Positions 61,182-64,000 of a stretch of DNA of 64,000 nt are shown piece after piece. This DNA comes from Podarcis pityusensis. Taxonomy: Eukaryota. The notes under the pieces were generated by a model, which saw nothing but the letters and a program-made list of their open reading frames with translations, made no database searches and was not told the DNA's origin. The first letter of the stretch is position 1, and each line of letters begins with the position of its first letter. The stretch lies in assembly GCA_964106645.2 (NCBI GenBank), contig OZ067044.1, one strand, 5' to 3'. Position numbers and translations under genes: made by a program.

Positions 61182-62349
61182 CATAGGCTAGTTAGTCACA
61201 TTTAATTAAGTGGGCCTTACTTCTGAGAATATAGGATCACCCTGTTAACGCAGCCTAAAGTTTAAATAGTGCTTTGTCAGATTCATCCATCTCAAGCCCT
61301 CATCCTAACTGAAAGACTTCAGGACAGTTACAATATATATGTGAGTGTTTTAGATAAAAAAGGAAACTTACACTACAATTGATAATTGTTATATATACAG
61401 TTACTGAAATTGGGTGTGTGGCATGGACAGCACTGCCATTTTTATCTGAGTCACATTAAAGTCTTTGATATGTTCCTAGCAAATTTCTGCTTTTAGTTTT
61501 GTTCTTCTCATGACAATTATCTCAGAAATCCGTTTTAGTTATGGTTAATTGGAATACAACCTTTAAAAGCAGTCTTTGCAAATTAAACTGAATAGATCAA
61601 GTAAAAATATACTTGTATTTAATAGTGCCATTAAAAAACCAGATGACTGAAAGAGCTACTTATTCAACTTATTGTGGGGGTGCAACGACAACTTATTTTT
61701 AAGAAAATAATCCTCATAATATGACATAATCTTCAAATGTCATTTTCAGTATATTGCATGAAAATATTATTCCAAAACTCAAAATAGTAATTATTAATGT
61801 CACTTTTCTGCTCCCACAAATTCTATTGTGTTCTGACACAGCTGCACAATCAATATCAAATGTACGAATTGGCACAGGGTGAAATTAAAATAAATCCTGG
61901 TTCTGTTTTCGGATTGCCCTAGGATATCCTAACAAAAAAAATTCTTATCAGCTTTGAAAATGGCTGGCTTAGAAACATGCATATACTTCAGGCTGTCATG
62001 TGAGCAGGATATAAAGGCTTATCATCATAATTCTACATGAGGCAAAATATGGTTCTTCAGAAAGGTCCATAGTTCAGCCTGAAGTGGCAAGGCAGAAATG
62101 GGTATACTAGCCCTTACATGCACAGTGTATAAAGTGAGAGTGTTTAACATTAAGCTTGTGTAAGTAGAACTATGTGACTTGGCTCTAAAGTAGTGTCTGG
62201 AGATGGGCGTTAACTGCTTTCAGAGTTGGAAGTGATACAATAAGACATTTTGCTTTCCACAGTATGCACACTCATACCCACACTCAACTGTATTCAGAGG
62301 TTTTGCATATTTTGAGAAATGCAGGTGCTTTGGTATAGGTATTGTTGCC

Positions 62350-62610
62350 TATTATTATTATTATTATTATTATTATTACTACTACTACTACATTTATTAT
62401 TTATACCCCTGCCCATCTAGCTGGGTTTCGCCAGCCACCCTGGGCGGCTCCCAACAGAATTAAAAGCATTATAAAACATAATAAAACATAAAACATTAAA
62501 CACTTCCCTAAACAAGGCTGCCTTCAGATGTCTTCTAAAAGTCAGATAGTTGTTTATTGCCTTGACATCTGATGGGAGGGCGTTCCACAGGGTTAGGGCT
62601 TTAAAGATCA
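62350..62610 (-). mobile_element. L2-clade LINE 3' end with (TTA)n/(CTA)n tail and an internal deletion
   Basis: High similarity to 11920-12100, then jumps from TTCCACAGG directly to TTAGGGCTTTAAA. Confidence 0.85.
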
Positions 62611-63679
62611 AGTATGCTTGTTCATATTTTATGTTCCATTATCTATGACCTCTAGGCCATGGGCCTGATGTGGCCTGCCATAGCTCTTTCTAGCAGAGGT
62701 GGGCAGGAGGGGTGCAGGGAGGAGAGCAAGAGATATGGCAACCATGGGAGAAGAGCTTTGAAAGTGTAGATCAGTCCAACTGCTAGTTGACCTGATCTGT
62801 AATTTCAGAGGTGCCCCTTGGGCCATTGACCAACAGAAAGAAAGACTTGTGTGAAACTCTGGACAGCTGCTACCATTTAATGTTGATTAGGGGCCACTAT
62901 CCTGTGTAGTCCAACAACACATGGAAGACCACATGTGGTTGTGATTATGATTGTGGACATTGTATTATGATGCCTAAATATTTTCTTCCTTGAATACATA
63001 ACTTTTCAGTGTAGTGTTTCTAAAGAACTTGGATGCCATTTTGGGTAAAGTCAACAACAAGAATATATTTGGCTTCACAGATCAAATCAGCCTGTCTCCA
63101 GATTTCAGCATGGGCCATTCCAACATCCTCACTAATTTGTTGCCAGTTTGCTTTTGTTTGACATAATTCCTATGGGATATATGTGGTCCAAAAGAATAGT
63201 CACAGACCTGTGTCTTTAATCATCTGTCTGCCCCAATCACATGCAAAGAATGGAAGTCTGAGTTATAGTGAGGAATGTTGAACCCTTCGCTTATTACTGT
63301 TATTGCTGTTGTAAGTTGCTTTGGGTTGCCTTGGGTAAGATAAAGTGACTAGCAAATTTAATAAATACGACTACTGAAATTTGTTTTATAGTTATATTAT
63401 AAATGTATTTTTTTTTTTTGGATGGGTTTGATTTTATATAGAGGCAGACTGCTTTTGTTTCATTAGCTAGAACCTTTGAAGAATTTATTTTGGAGAAAAA
63501 TAATCAAATGGATGGTGACCTAGTGTGCCACTGCTAGGGTAGTGTACAGAGTGTAGGACTCTGGTTCAAATTCCTACTTTTTGCCACAAAATTATTGGGT
63601 GTCTATGGGCCTGCCATTATGGCTCCCTTCAGATGTTATGACACCAGACCCATGTCCCAGTTGCACAGAAAAATAATAT

Positions 63680-63877
63680 TCAGGTAGGTAGCTGTGTTGT
63701 TCTGACACAGTTGAAATAAATTAAAAAATTGTTCAACAGCACCTTAGAGACCAACTAAATTTGTTCTGGGTATAAGCTTTCATGTGCATGAAGAAATGTG
63801 CATGCACACGAAAGCTTATACCCAGAACAAATTTAGTTGGTCTCTAAGGTGCTGTTGAACAATTTTTTAATTTATTT
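63680..63877. mobile_element. Penelope-like element remnant forming a long palindrome
   Basis: 77-bp arms (63714-63790 / 63801-63877, 76/77 complementary), 10-nt spacer, 13-bp flanking direct repeat AGAAAAATAATAT (63667-63679, 63878-63890); hammerhead-like TGAAGA...CGAAAGCTTA at the centre. Confidence 0.8.
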
Positions 63878-64000
63878 AGAAAAATAATATGGCTGTGTAG
63901 ATATGATTTTTAACAGCAAAACATCTCCTTGGGTAAGGAATGTAGGAGCCTCACTCTGACTGCCACCTACCTTTCTACAACCCCTCTCTCAATGTGCTTT

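Noticed and set aside
47616-64000. STMN2 exon 1 (MAKTAM) and an equivalent of the human cryptic exon 2a
   Set aside because: No minus-strand match to ATGGCTAAAACAGCAATGG followed by a donor was seen; a cryptic exon orthologue cannot be identified by eye

Overview
Eukaryotic (vertebrate) genomic DNA, almost certainly from a squamate reptile. The Sauria SINE, tRNA-headed SINE and MITE content suggests a lacertid lizard (inference). The window holds two protein-coding genes arranged tail-to-tail. HEY1 is complete on the + strand: 5 coding exons, 19657-23560, 306 aa, bHLH-Orange-YRPW/TEIGAF, with a CpG-island promoter carrying two RBPJ sites. STMN2/SCG10 exons 2-5 lie on the - strand (47615 down to 40251); exon 1 was not found and presumably lies beyond the right edge. 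The rest is intronic or intergenic DNA rich in transposon remnants (Sauria SINEs, L2, CR1, an L1/Tx1-type 3' end, Tc1/mariner, hAT and Harbinger-like MITEs, Penelope-like fragments), plus microsatellites, two assembly gaps and several motif-dense candidate enhancers. Nearly all ORFs in the six-frame track are spurious. I found no convincing new protein-coding system. The most unusual items are (i) a 77-bp-arm Penelope-type palindrome with a damaged hammerhead-ribozyme core in STMN2 intron 1, (ii) a sense-oriented LINE 3' end with a poly(A) signal in HEY1 intron 4 that could truncate HEY1 to a bHLH-only protein, (iii) a Sauria SINE insertion with 3' tails at both ends, (iv) a (UG)19 tract in a very short STMN2 intron 2, and (v) a series of RBPJ/SOX/ETS candidate enhancers plus an orphan TATA promoter upstream of HEY1.
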